Shown piece by piece: positions 19,056 to 29,359 of a stretch of 64,000 nucleotides of DNA. The position numbers and the translations under genes were made by a program. Numbering within the stretch: the stretch's first letter is position 1; every line of letters begins with the position of its first letter. Source of the DNA: a virus (taxonomy: Duplodnaviria; Caudoviricetes); IMG/VR virus record IMGVR_UViG_3300025098_005131; one strand, 5' to 3'. Under the pieces are notes generated by a model. It ran no database searches. It was not told where the DNA came from and worked only from the letters and a program-made list of their open reading frames with translations.

Positions 19056-19844
19056 TTATAGTGAGTCCAAGTCAGCAAATGCGTCATCAAGGCTTTTATA
19101 TTTTCCGTTAATTGCATCAGGAGAATTGTCATCAGCTTGAGTTGTCTTCTGATTAAATCCTCCACGAGTTGTTTCTTTAACTTCTTCTTCGTCACCGTTT
19201 AGCCATTCGTTAATGATTCTTTCTAAGTCTTCATAGGTCTTAAGTTCAAATAAGTTGTTAACGTCTGGAATGTTATCTAGCCACTGCTTTGACTTTGATG
19301 AGTCTTCTGAAAGAGGGGAATCTTTTCCTCGAGGCCTCACATCAGTTGTTGCCCATTGCTGTCCTGGATTTTTTTGACAACTAATACGAACATCACGGCC
19401 TTCATGTGGGTCTGTAATGTCGCCGTAATCTTCATCAAGCATGTAGTTCAAAAGTGTTTGATAAACAGTCTTTCCAAATGCCCATAAACGCACGCCTTTT
19501 TCTTCTTCACCTCTTACAACAACTGGAGCATAACAACGCATCTTTGGGTATAACTTTTTTGCTAGCTCATATGATTCTTTTGAACCTTCATCACGAAGCT
19601 TTGTAATAAGCTCCTGGATAGGATCTGGCTTGTCAAATTGATAAGGTGCTAAAAGACCAGGATTATTGCCAATGTTGTAATAGAACATTAGCTCTTTAAA
19701 TGGTTGACCGTCATTATTTGGGTATGCCATAAGACGAACAGTAGTCTCTGCACCTTCTTCAGGACGCCACATAGTGTTTTTCTTTGAATTTTGTCCGCTT
19801 AGTTGTCCAAGTTTCTTGCGAATTGCTGCTAGGTCGATAGCCAT
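19056..19844 (-). CDS. Single-stranded DNA-binding protein (T4 gp32-like)
   Basis: MAIDLAAIRKKL, GVRLWAFGKTVY, DYGDITDPHEGRD, acidic tail DDAFADLDSL. Confidence 0.85.
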   Translation of the reverse strand: MAIDLAAIRKKLGQLSGQNSKKNTMWRPEEGAETTVRLMAYPNNDGQPFKELMFYYNIGNNPGLLAPYQFDKPDPIQELITKLRDEGSKESYELAKKLYPKMRCYAPVVVRGEEEKGVRLWAFGKTVYQTLLNYMLDEDYGDITDPHEGRDVRISCQKNPGQQWATTDVRPRGKDSPLSEDSSKSKQWLDNIPDVNNLFELKTYEDLERIINEWLNGDEEEVKETTRGGFNQKTTQADDNSPDAINGKYKSLDDAFADLDSL

Positions 19845-19887
19845 ATTATTTAATACCTTTCATAGTATTTGTTTAAATTTTTAATTG

Positions 19888-19908
19888 GTTATTTGTTATT
19901 TGTTATTT
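19888..19908 (-). repeat. AAATAAC x3 heptamer in the SSB leader
   Basis: gttattt at 19888, 19895 and 19902. Confidence 0.85.
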
Positions 19909-19941
19909 TTTTAATTTGTTTTGATCACCAATTGTGATACC

Positions 19942-19970
19942 ATTATATTATAGATTTTTAATTTTTACAC
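19942..19970 (-). promoter_or_regulatory. Sigma70-like promoter GTGTAA-N17-TATAAT (SSB-RecA replication operon)
   Basis: Perfect -10 box. Confidence 0.7.
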
Positions 19971-19999
19971 ATTAAATTAATTTATTTTTATAACTCTTC

Positions 20000-21649
20000 T
20001 CAGCTAAGCCTTTCAGCTTTTTCTTTAGCTTTCTTCTCAGCTTTTAGCCTTTTAATCTCTTCTATCTTAGAACATAAGTTGTCAAATGCTTGAGTTATAA
20101 TTGCAATATTTTCATTGTTATAGTTATCGCTTGGCTCAACAATCCGCCAAGCTCTTTTGTTTCTTACAACTCCTAACATTGTTTTCATTATCTTAGAAGC
20201 CAAGCTTTTATTTGGATTGTTTAACAAGTCAACAATATCACTTGTAAATTCATAAAAACTTTCAGGTGTAAAGAAGACCCTTAGTTTAGGCCTTAGGTTT
20301 ATGTTGCCAAGTGTCACTGCGTAGTTTAAAGTATTATATCCTGATGAGTTTTTTCTTATTTGATCACTTGAATCTAAGGTTACATCTTGTAGTTTTATTG
20401 CTTCAGCAACTTCAAACAAGCTTTGAGAAGCTGATCTTATGTTGATAGCTCCATACTCAAATGATGATGCAAATGGACTTTGGATTCGTTGTAAGTCTCC
20501 ATAGGCTGGATTAGGTATCTTAAATCCTATTTGATCTTTTATAGAAACAAAAAGACCTTCAAAAGGAGAGTTAGGTGCAATTAAAGATCCACTTAGAGAA
20601 GTCATAAGCAATTCAGTTAGCTGTGGTTTTATGTTTTCTAAAACAAACTGCTTAAAAGATCCTGTTGAATGACTTTGAATTTTCTGTTTTAAAGAAGAAA
20701 GTATATCAATATATTCCTGAGTTAACTCAGGAAATCTTTTTGCTTGATTTGGTCCCATAAAATAAATATTGTATTTTGGATTTGTCATTGCTTTTGCATC
20801 TTCTTCGGTAAATTCTCCTGAGTATACAACTGCATATTCTTTTCTACCAGGTATACTATAAGATATGTAGTCACCTTTTCTATCATCTGACTTAAGTGAT
20901 TCAACGCCAAAGTATTTATAAGTTCCTTCTGGCATTTTATGAGGATAAGAATATTTAAAAGCATTATAAATACTACTAGAAGCTCCGGATCTATTTAAAA
21001 ATAGATACCAATTATACCCAGCACGTCTACTATATTTTTCTTTTTTAAACTCATCATATGTATATAAGTCGCTATATTTTGTTTTCATAATATCAACATT
21101 AGATACTGGCAGACCTTTGTTTAACCTATCAGACTTTGCTTTATCAAAAGATTTTTTTGTCGCAATAAAAATCTGTGGTCCTGTGTTTATAGTTTTATTA
21201 GTCTTTTTGTCTTTTTTGTAACCATCTGGTCCAACCAAAACTGAAACGTGTTGACCACTAAACTTTTCTGTCATACTTATTTGATAGCCTTCAACAGCAT
21301 TACCTAACATATGCTCTATAAAAGCTAAGATCTGATCTTTAGAAAGATTTTCTAGCTGTGGTGTTTTTTTTGCTTCAAACAAAAAAGAATAATTTTCTTT
21401 TAGTGTCCTCTTTCTACCTTTTTCTCCGCCGTGTTTAAGATACCACTGTACAGATCTTGTATATGTCTTTTTCTTTTTACCTTTTGATCTATGCTTTTTA
21501 TCTGTTGCCGTAGACTTTTTATATATGTTTACACCACGAGATCCAGCTTTAGGGCCTGTGCCTAGAGGGGTTGATACGCCACCTACTGCGCCGGCGCCAC
21601 TAAATTCTCTAACTAAAGCTTCTAAAACTCTACTATAAATATCTTGCAT
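20000..21649 (-). CDS. Hypothetical protein, probable head-internal protein with a degenerate ligase-like EKxSG motif
   Basis: 549 aa; Gly/Lys-rich N-terminus, LKE/LFE motifs, MTEKFSGQ resembling nucleotidyltransferase KxDG; ATAAATA motif upstream. Confidence 0.55.
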   Translation of the reverse strand: MQDIYSRVLEALVREFSGAGAVGGVSTPLGTGPKAGSRGVNIYKKSTATDKKHRSKGKKKKTYTRSVQWYLKHGGEKGRKRTLKENYSFLFEAKKTPQLENLSKDQILAFIEHMLGNAVEGYQISMTEKFSGQHVSVLVGPDGYKKDKKTNKTINTGPQIFIATKKSFDKAKSDRLNKGLPVSNVDIMKTKYSDLYTYDEFKKEKYSRRAGYNWYLFLNRSGASSSIYNAFKYSYPHKMPEGTYKYFGVESLKSDDRKGDYISYSIPGRKEYAVVYSGEFTEEDAKAMTNPKYNIYFMGPNQAKRFPELTQEYIDILSSLKQKIQSHSTGSFKQFVLENIKPQLTELLMTSLSGSLIAPNSPFEGLFVSIKDQIGFKIPNPAYGDLQRIQSPFASSFEYGAINIRSASQSLFEVAEAIKLQDVTLDSSDQIRKNSSGYNTLNYAVTLGNINLRPKLRVFFTPESFYEFTSDIVDLLNNPNKSLASKIMKTMLGVVRNKRAWRIVEPSDNYNNENIAIITQAFDNLCSKIEEIKRLKAEKKAKEKAERLS

Positions 21650-21679
21650 AATATACCTCTTTAATATATTATATATTTA

Positions 21680-22285
21680 TCAAAAAGGAATTTTATATAT
21701 ACCTAAAATTTTATCTCTTTCATCTTTTAGCACAGATTCATGTGCCATCTGTACAACTAAAGAAAGTCTAGACTTGTATGCATTGTAAAATTTATTGTCT
21801 TCAGAAGTCATATCTTTCATTAGTGACAAAGCTTCCCATTCTTCCCAGGTTAAATTAATTTTATACCTTTGAAGTAGAAAAAGTGTCATATCATTTACCT
21901 GATACTTTGGACATTTTTCATTCCAGTCATAATATTGACCAAGTTTTTCTTTATGCCAGTCTGATGTACATTCGACATATCTATCTTGTGTTTCGTTGCC
22001 TACTCTACCTAAGATAGACAGTAAAGAACATTTAATAATAGACATTGGGTTTGTATCGTAATTAAGAGCTTTTAAGATATTATTTGAAGCTTTTGCTAAT
22101 TCTAAAGAATATTCAACTAATCCTCCAATGCCACAAAAAGGCTCTTTTTCTCTTTGTGAGTAAGAAGACGTAATTATTCTTTGGTCCCACTTATTTATTA
22201 GATTGTCCACGTTTTCATCGTTTAGCTTATTTAATAAATTACTATACTTGTTCCATAAAGTTTCAACGTCACGTTCTTTGTACAT
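21680..22285 (-). CDS. HD-domain-like protein with lost metal ligands
   Basis: GGLVEYSL (vs GGLxxHSL), SLLSILGRVG (vs LLHDLGKxG), DWHKEKLGQYY, QMAH (vs HxAD). Confidence 0.65.
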   Translation of the reverse strand: MYKERDVETLWNKYSNLLNKLNDENVDNLINKWDQRIITSSYSQREKEPFCGIGGLVEYSLELAKASNNILKALNYDTNPMSIIKCSLLSILGRVGNETQDRYVECTSDWHKEKLGQYYDWNEKCPKYQVNDMTLFLLQRYKINLTWEEWEALSLMKDMTSEDNKFYNAYKSRLSLVVQMAHESVLKDERDKILGIYKIPF

Positions 22286-22293
22286 TTATTTCC

Positions 22294-22542
22294 TTATAAT
22301 TTCCATTCAATTCCTGTAAGGTCTTGAAATTTTTTAGTGTAAATTTTTTTTTTGTTTGCAAGTTCTAAAACTTCATCTAAAGAGTTTTCTTTGCAAAGAG
22401 ATTCTCTAAGTTTTTTTGATGTATCTAAAAGATTTTGAAACACTTCTAATTGAATTTTTTCTCCTGATAATTCTGCCTCAATATTATTTCCAACTATATA
22501 GTTGGCAGCAACTTGATGTAAAAAACTACTTTTGTTTTTCAT
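22294..22542 (-). CDS. Hypothetical protein
   Basis: 82 aa, GAAGGA RBS. Confidence 0.65.
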   Translation of the reverse strand: MKNKSSFLHQVAANYIVGNNIEAELSGEKIQLEVFQNLLDTSKKLRESLCKENSLDEVLELANKKKIYTKKFQDLTGIEWKL

Positions 22543-22551
22543 AATATTCCT

Positions 22552-23613
22552 TCAAATAAAGTCTTCTATGCTAAGAGGAAAATATCCTAGACCTTTTTCT
22601 AAATATCCTTTATCTACTATAACATTTAACTCTTTTATGTAATTACTACTTACGTCAAAAATAATTGCATCATGCAAAACATAAATTGGTCTACATAAGT
22701 TTTTGTCAATTGTGTTAGACAATTCTGAAAAACATTTTAAAGATATATCTACTGCAGTTGATTGTATGTAGTTATTTACTATTATGTTTTCTTTTATTTC
22801 TTTAATATTATGCAAAGGTCTTCCGAAATAGTTTCTTCTAAAAGAATTATTCTTTTTACTTTCAGCAATATTTAAAAGATTTGGAATATTAAAATAACTT
22901 TTTAACATATTAAATACTTCTTCAGACCTAGCATGCGTTAAGTCTGCTAAATTATTACTTTTTGCTCCGTAGAGAATAGAAATAACTGCTCTTTTAATAA
23001 CTGATCTGTCTACGTTAAACGATACCTTATCTCTAAAGTATTCGTATATATCTTCATTGTTGCTTTTATCAAGAAGGTGCAATGCAAGACGAGGCTCTAG
23101 ATTGCAAAAGTCGACTGATACTATTTTACCATTTAAAAATGAAGATTTTAATATGTTTCTACACCTTTTAGGTAAGGTTAATATTCTTGGGCCTTCTTTT
23201 ACAGTTAATCTTCCTGTTACTGTATTGTTTGCATACTCTATTTTACTTGCAAAACTATTTGTAGGCTTAAAAGATTTAATTGACGACTTTACTGTTTCAT
23301 TACTTTCTATCTCAAGAAAAGCTTTGTAAGCTAAAATATCGATTTTGGACTCTACGAAACTATTAAGAAAATCTTCATATAAATCATACCTTTTCAAGAA
23401 GCTAAAGTCTTTATCTAAATCGCTTAGTCTATTTTTAATTAAATCAATATCGTCGTAAAAATCTTCTAAAAAGTGATCAGGTAAAATAGACTGCCAATCT
23501 AAACTTTTTATTTCTTTCTTAAGAAATTTTAGATTTAAACTGTAGAGTCTTGGTAAGTCTAAATTATAAATCTTTGCAAAATTAATTGTTTTATTTATAT
23601 CTTTTATGTTCAT
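22552..23613 (-). CDS. Minimal family-A DNA polymerase domain (no exonuclease domains)
   Basis: TVTGRL, motif A VDFCNLEPR, motif B RSVIKRAVISILYG, NYFGR, NNYIQSTAVD, motif C VLHDAII. Confidence 0.88.
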   Translation of the reverse strand: MNIKDINKTINFAKIYNLDLPRLYSLNLKFLKKEIKSLDWQSILPDHFLEDFYDDIDLIKNRLSDLDKDFSFLKRYDLYEDFLNSFVESKIDILAYKAFLEIESNETVKSSIKSFKPTNSFASKIEYANNTVTGRLTVKEGPRILTLPKRCRNILKSSFLNGKIVSVDFCNLEPRLALHLLDKSNNEDIYEYFRDKVSFNVDRSVIKRAVISILYGAKSNNLADLTHARSEEVFNMLKSYFNIPNLLNIAESKKNNSFRRNYFGRPLHNIKEIKENIIVNNYIQSTAVDISLKCFSELSNTIDKNLCRPIYVLHDAIIFDVSSNYIKELNVIVDKGYLEKGLGYFPLSIEDFI

Positions 23614-23619
23614 ATTTAA

Positions 23620-23648
23620 ATATTAAAAACAAATAATATAATTTACAC
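23620..23648 (-). promoter_or_regulatory. Sigma70-like promoter GTGTAA-N17-TAATAT giving a leaderless transcript for the mini-polymerase
   Basis: The predicted +1 coincides with ATG 23613; no Shine-Dalgarno sequence. Confidence 0.55.
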
Positions 23649-23663
23649 TATTTTATTTAAATT

Positions 23664-24761
23664 TTAACTATGACTATGCTCATCTTTAAGTGCCTTAAGC
23701 CAAGGCGCCAAGTTTTTACCTCTAGCACTTGATCCTCGCCCCCAAGCTTTGACGTTGTTTGTGTTTTTTATTTTTTTAGCAATTAATTGTGATAAATTAC
23801 TTACAAGCTTGTCTTTAGCAATATCTTGCAATATTTTTCTTTTTGTTATTACATCAAGCTGATCCATGGTAATTTTTTTATACGGACTATCTTCTCCTGT
23901 GACTTCTACGTTTCTTTTTGCTATATCGATATGAAAGCCTATTCCTTTGGAATATTCTGCGTGCGCGCCTATACCATGTGCTCCTAACATATAACAGTAT
24001 CTTGCAAATGTTTTTATTATTTTTGCATCTTTTTCTATTTTTAAAGACATGTTTTTGCCACTTTTATCTTTAAGTCTTACATCACATGCAAAGCCTTTAT
24101 CATGTCTAATAGTTCTAGATGCAAGTCTCGGTGGCACTTTTATCTCTTGTTTACCAATCTTTAAAGTTTTTCCAGCTTCGTACAAAGGAAATTGTCCACC
24201 GCTATAAATTACAATATGATCTAAGTCATTAAAAGCTTCATTCGTTAAAAGAAAAGCAAAATGAACAAGTTTAAACAATACTGGTTGAACCAAAAGTCTT
24301 CTAACTTGATTAGGTTTAGGAAAATCTATTTTGTTATTCTTTCCTACCCTATTATATATAACTTTTCCGCCTGTTTGTTTTTCCATTACAGTTAATTTAT
24401 TTTTATCTGTTAAAAACTCATAAGACATTTCGAGGCTTATTTTGTTTAGCTCTTCAATATAGCCATTTATCTTTGCATCACTTGTTTTTGATATTTTTGG
24501 AAGTAAGTCTTCACTTGAATAATAATATCTTTGACTTGATCGTGACGCTTTAATTGCAGACAATTTTTTTGATGGGCCTTTAACAACTCTTAAGTTTAAA
24601 CTAAGACCAGCCAAAGCTTTGTCGTCAATTTCTTTGACGTCAACAGGAGCGCTTGCTGCGCGAGGAAGAGGTAGACTTATTTGTGGCGTAGAATCAGTCA
24701 AGTATGTGCGTGCAAGTGTTTCTATTATTGATTTTATTTTGTTTTGATCTATATTTGCCAT
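23664..24761 (-). CDS. Tail-associated peptidase M15 (LAS-type zinc cell-wall peptidase) domain protein
   Basis: SGGQ...RHDKGFACD (Hx6D)...GFHIDI; directly follows the baseplate hub gene. Confidence 0.7.
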   Translation of the reverse strand: MANIDQNKIKSIIETLARTYLTDSTPQISLPLPRAASAPVDVKEIDDKALAGLSLNLRVVKGPSKKLSAIKASRSSQRYYYSSEDLLPKISKTSDAKINGYIEELNKISLEMSYEFLTDKNKLTVMEKQTGGKVIYNRVGKNNKIDFPKPNQVRRLLVQPVLFKLVHFAFLLTNEAFNDLDHIVIYSGGQFPLYEAGKTLKIGKQEIKVPPRLASRTIRHDKGFACDVRLKDKSGKNMSLKIEKDAKIIKTFARYCYMLGAHGIGAHAEYSKGIGFHIDIAKRNVEVTGEDSPYKKITMDQLDVITKRKILQDIAKDKLVSNLSQLIAKKIKNTNNVKAWGRGSSARGKNLAPWLKALKDEHSHS

Positions 24762-24762
24762 G

Positions 24763-27700
24763 TTACTTGTAAAACTCCGAAGAATATTCTATTTCTTTAA
24801 ACTGATTTATAAATTCTCTTAACGACAAAGAATATGTATATTCTTTTTTATGCGCTATAATTTCTCCTTTGTCATTTACTACATTTTCTATTATATTTTC
24901 ATCTTTTTTGTTAAAGTCTAATTTGAAAAAATTCGTATATAATGTTAGCACTGGAACTTTACAAACAAAACCTTCATTCATTACTTCGTCCTTTACTTTA
25001 AATAACTTAGCTATATTGCGCTCATCACTAAAATAAGTATTTAAGATAATAATTATCTCTTCTTCGTCTGTATTTAAAGAAAGATTCATGTCAAAAAGTT
25101 GACCATCATTTATATTTTTTATATTTTTATCAAATTTAATTTCAACTTTATTGATCAATTCGCTTCCGATGTTTTTTACGATATTTCTGCTTTCAACCAT
25201 AAACTGGTTTTTTGTTTTATAAAATATTTTAAAATATGAACTTTCTTTTTTGTCAAACAGTTCTTTTGTAAAATTTTTTGTTTTAATCTTTGAATAATAA
25301 AAATTATCATTATCAGATGCAATTTCTTCAAATTCATCAGGTGCATCTTCTGCCTTAGATCTTGGTGAGTCATTAATAATTTTTGTTGTAGCTTCTACTT
25401 CAAGCCATACAGACTTTTTATCAATTGTGTTTATTAGAGAAACAATGTCTTCTCCGTTTAGTTGTTTTTGTATTACTGGTTTTATTTCTTTAAATTTATC
25501 AATATGAAAACTAGACTTTGAAATATCAATAAAAAAGTCTAAACCTGTATTTAAACTTTCTGAATCTTCTATGAAAAAGCTAGGTTTGTACTTAGGATTG
25601 ACTTTGCAATTTAATGATTTTGTTTGAACAAAAGGGTACTTACCAGCTTCAGTTATTATATTGTTTTGATCAGAAGCTAAAGTAAATTTAACAGGAGATT
25701 TCAAGTGTTTATCTTCAATTACTTTAAAAAAAATACTTCTCTCTCTAAAAGTATTTAAATAATAACTAATTACGCTTGAAAGATTTTTACCTTTATCAGG
25801 TTTAGATTTTGAAGCTTTTGTAAAACTAAAGTTGCGTTTATTGTTTTTTGTGTCAAAACTTTTCATTTCTTTTAAAATATCAGCAGATTTTACTAATTTT
25901 TCTAAAAAGCTATTGTTGTAAATCAAAAAACAGAAAATACTTCTAAACTGGGTGATAATGTCAGAATATATAGGTACTTCTATCGATTTTGCGTCTAGAG
26001 CTATAAGTGCTGTATTGATAAATCCTGTGCCGGCAAGATCAGACTTCCACGTTTTTCTTATAGGTATTGCATTAATTGGAACACCAAAATCACTTTCAGT
26101 CAAAGTTTCTTCTGCATTGCTACTAAATACCTCAAGACCTTCACCTCCTGTTTCTTTGAGTAGTTTATCTATTAAGTCTGCAGAAGATTCAAACTGTCCG
26201 TAATTGTCACCATAAGAAAGCTTTAGACTTGTAGTAAACTTACCAGGAGAAAGATTATGCGTAATTCCAGTTACTACATACTTGTTGTCAATTGTTGTGC
26301 CTGTTTCAAAATCAAGAAAAATACTTTGTCCAAAGTTAATCCATGGGCAGCCTACTATTTCAACGCTTGCTTGAGTAGGTAATATTCTTAACGGAAGATC
26401 AGCATTTACTCTATTGTTTATCTCGTTTTGATTATTTCTATCTGGTCTTGTAAGAAATATTGTTTGCAATTTGTTTTCGTTTATGGTTGAAACATTTGCG
26501 CTTATTAATGCCGTATTTTGTGTACCAAATGTTAAAGAAGGATATATCTGCTTGTAAAAATCTTTTGTATTACCTATAAAGCTAGACGACAGTTTGCTGT
26601 TTTTTGAAATATTTTCGTGATTAATAAAATATTTTTTGCCTTTTTTTAGGAGAATTCCTTCTTTTTCGAGCTTTTGTATTTCTTTTTTTGCATTTTCAAT
26701 GTAACTTTTTCTTGTTCCTTTTCCTGACTTTAAATCTTTTCTAGTTTTTGCAAGTAAATTAATAGGTTTTAACAAGTTTTCGCCATATATCTGCTCTAAA
26801 ATATTAGCTGAAGATGCAAAAGGTATTTCAGTTCTGTCATAAATAGATATTCTTAATACTGTTCTTTCAAAATTAGAATGTTTTTTCTCTGTAAGGCAAT
26901 CAAAATTCATACTAATTTGTGGTATAATAAACTTAACATCATTTTCTTTGTTATAAGGCTCATCTGGGTAATAAATTTCATGCAACTTTCTAGCTAGCTT
27001 AAGTTGATATCTTTGAGATTCATCTTGTGCGTCTTTCGGTTTAACAGGGTCAAAAACACTTTCTCTTTCTTCGTAAAGATCTTTTAATCCGTAAGAAGGA
27101 TTGTCTTTATGCTGAATGCACCTTAATATTATTTGTGTTATTAATGACTCTGGAGTGATTACTGTTCTCTTGCTAAATATACCTAAAAGCAATTCTTTGA
27201 GTTCAAACTTTGATACTAAAAGAGTCGCAATATTGTAACAAGACATTGCACCACAAAACTCATTTGTATTATAAAAAATAGTTTGAACTTCATCAAAGTT
27301 TCCAGAGTTTGCGACATATCCTTGCACTATTGTATTGATTATAGTGCCTAAAGAAACATAGTCACCTTCGCTTTCTACGTTTTCTGGTAAATCAATTGGA
27401 AAAAAAGGGTCGATTAGTCCATATCCGCCTACAACACTTTGTATTATTTCTTTTTCTCGCTCTTCTTCTTCAGCATCTTGATCTACTACTTTTTTTAATG
27501 TTTGTATTATATTCGAAAAAGACTCCTTTACTTCTTCAAAAGACCTAGTTAGAGCTGACACGTCGTAATCATCGTTTAATTGTAAAATACCCTTTGATCC
27601 GGTCAATCCTAACAAACCCATTATTTTAGGAAAATTATTATTACCAAATCCATTAAGATCGATTTTTTTTTGATCATCTATAATAAAAGTGCTGTCTTCT

Positions 27701-29358
27701 TGAAAAAAAGACCAGTTATCAATAAATACTCTTATGTTTTCAATACTAGACTCAGAAATTCTTTGTGTGCTACTAAATATATCTGTAAAGTTATTAAGAA
27801 TAGCATTAGATATTGTGTCTAATTTTTCTGAATTGTCTATTGATGACGACTTTACTAGTATTTTTCTATTATGTCTTATTAAATTAAAGTAGTTAGAAAT
27901 TTCTTTTATAGTTATTCTATTGGCAATTGATGTTTCTATTTGCTGAGCTTTAAACTCATAAGGACCTTTCATTGCTATAGAAAGATCAATGTTGACAAGA
28001 CCAGAGTTGTCTATACTCATAGAAGAATTAACAATCATATACTTTTCTGTAACTCTTGAATTGCCTAAAAAGTAACTAAGTGGATTGTTTTTATTATCGA
28101 CGTCAGAATTAATCCAGCCGTATTCCAAAACAAGTTCAGCGCCAAAAACACCGAACAAATCAGGCTTTACAAAAGGTGCGATGTCATTCATTCTTGTTCT
28201 ATCATGTAAAACTAGACTTAGCTTTCCAGTTTTATAGGACATTAATCCTTTTGTTGGCGCTGCATTTATGCTAAAGTTTTTAAGCGTCATAAAAGGCTTT
28301 GCAGGATCGTGTACTGTTGTTAGTCTATTTTTTACTTTATGATTTTGTGCATGCCCTATAGGCTCATTCATATTGACTATAGATTGAGGCGTGCTAAATA
28401 AAGATAGATTTGTTCTAATTCTATTTTTACCGAGGTGATCTCCTTCGAAGCTTGTGTAATTACTCGTAACTTCACCAGAATTTCTTGTCCCAAAAAGAAA
28501 TTGATTCATGGTTGATGTTCTTAGCTTTGCATGAGAATCTTGAGGAGACCCTTTGTCTGATATGTTTGGCAAGACAAAAGTGGCATCAAGAAAAGGATAA
28601 GCTTTACTCAACTCTATGCTATTCATAGAATTAAAAAAGGCAGAAAGCTCTAGCGCATTTTGGGTGCCAACTTTCATGTCTGGATTTGTCACTAAAATAC
28701 TTGAAACAGAAGTTTTGGTCTTGGATGGATTTTTTATGTTTTTATTAAAAGAACTTGCCTTAAAACTCTGAGCAATAGATTTTTCTATTGCTTTACCTGT
28801 TGTAGTAGTTGTATTTACAAGAGCAGCATTTGCTGCATTAAAATTTGCAAACGCTGAGAGAGTCTTGAGGTCTCTTTTATAAGCTGGTTTTTTTGAGAGC
28901 AGGCTTGCCCCAGTAGCAGATGTATAAGCACCTAAGTTAGACTTTACGTGGTTAAATAAAAAGTTTTTTGCGACACTATAATTTCGGCCGTCAAGCTTTC
29001 CTTCATAATTAGAGTGATAAATCATTATTGACTTTTTAAGATAATCAATTACTTCTGGTTTTACAGACTTAAGTTGAGTATTAATTGTTTGACTAATAAA
29101 TGTAACTATTTCGTAAGTAGTATATCCAGTGTTTGTTAAGGATTGAAAAAGATTTGAAATAAATGTATAAAACTGTTTTTGATCAAGCTTCTTGTTAATT
29201 TTTTTACTATTTGTTTCGAAAAGTATTTCTTCGTTTGTAACAAGCTGCAAATAGTTTATTAAGCCTGAGTCATCAATTACTTTATGCACTTTTCCGTAAT
29301 TAGTTGAATCACTTACATTACTGTAAATTGATTTTTTTGGAATTAACCCAGTTGACAT
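24763..29358 (-). CDS. Baseplate hub protein (gp27/gpD/VgrG-like) with a long C-terminal extension
   Basis: GKLSLVLHD, LVLEYGW, ASVEIVGCPWINFGQSIFLDF...YVVTGITHNLSPGKFTTSLKL. Confidence 0.72.
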   Translation of the reverse strand: MSTGLIPKKSIYSNVSDSTNYGKVHKVIDDSGLINYLQLVTNEEILFETNSKKINKKLDQKQFYTFISNLFQSLTNTGYTTYEIVTFISQTINTQLKSVKPEVIDYLKKSIMIYHSNYEGKLDGRNYSVAKNFLFNHVKSNLGAYTSATGASLLSKKPAYKRDLKTLSAFANFNAANAALVNTTTTTGKAIEKSIAQSFKASSFNKNIKNPSKTKTSVSSILVTNPDMKVGTQNALELSAFFNSMNSIELSKAYPFLDATFVLPNISDKGSPQDSHAKLRTSTMNQFLFGTRNSGEVTSNYTSFEGDHLGKNRIRTNLSLFSTPQSIVNMNEPIGHAQNHKVKNRLTTVHDPAKPFMTLKNFSINAAPTKGLMSYKTGKLSLVLHDRTRMNDIAPFVKPDLFGVFGAELVLEYGWINSDVDNKNNPLSYFLGNSRVTEKYMIVNSSMSIDNSGLVNIDLSIAMKGPYEFKAQQIETSIANRITIKEISNYFNLIRHNRKILVKSSSIDNSEKLDTISNAILNNFTDIFSSTQRISESSIENIRVFIDNWSFFQEDSTFIIDDQKKIDLNGFGNNNFPKIMGLLGLTGSKGILQLNDDYDVSALTRSFEEVKESFSNIIQTLKKVVDQDAEEEEREKEIIQSVVGGYGLIDPFFPIDLPENVESEGDYVSLGTIINTIVQGYVANSGNFDEVQTIFYNTNEFCGAMSCYNIATLLVSKFELKELLLGIFSKRTVITPESLITQIILRCIQHKDNPSYGLKDLYEERESVFDPVKPKDAQDESQRYQLKLARKLHEIYYPDEPYNKENDVKFIIPQISMNFDCLTEKKHSNFERTVLRISIYDRTEIPFASSANILEQIYGENLLKPINLLAKTRKDLKSGKGTRKSYIENAKKEIQKLEKEGILLKKGKKYFINHENISKNSKLSSSFIGNTKDFYKQIYPSLTFGTQNTALISANVSTINENKLQTIFLTRPDRNNQNEINNRVNADLPLRILPTQASVEIVGCPWINFGQSIFLDFETGTTIDNKYVVTGITHNLSPGKFTTSLKLSYGDNYGQFESSADLIDKLLKETGGEGLEVFSSNAEETLTESDFGVPINAIPIRKTWKSDLAGTGFINTALIALDAKSIEVPIYSDIITQFRSIFCFLIYNNSFLEKLVKSADILKEMKSFDTKNNKRNFSFTKASKSKPDKGKNLSSVISYYLNTFRERSIFFKVIEDKHLKSPVKFTLASDQNNIITEAGKYPFVQTKSLNCKVNPKYKPSFFIEDSESLNTGLDFFIDISKSSFHIDKFKEIKPVIQKQLNGEDIVSLINTIDKKSVWLEVEATTKIINDSPRSKAEDAPDEFEEIASDNDNFYYSKIKTKNFTKELFDKKESSYFKIFYKTKNQFMVESRNIVKNIGSELINKVEIKFDKNIKNINDGQLFDMNLSLNTDEEEIIIILNTYFSDERNIAKLFKVKDEVMNEGFVCKVPVLTLYTNFFKLDFNKKDENIIENVVNDKGEIIAHKKEYTYSLSLREFINQFKEIEYSSEFYK

Positions 29359-29359
29359 T

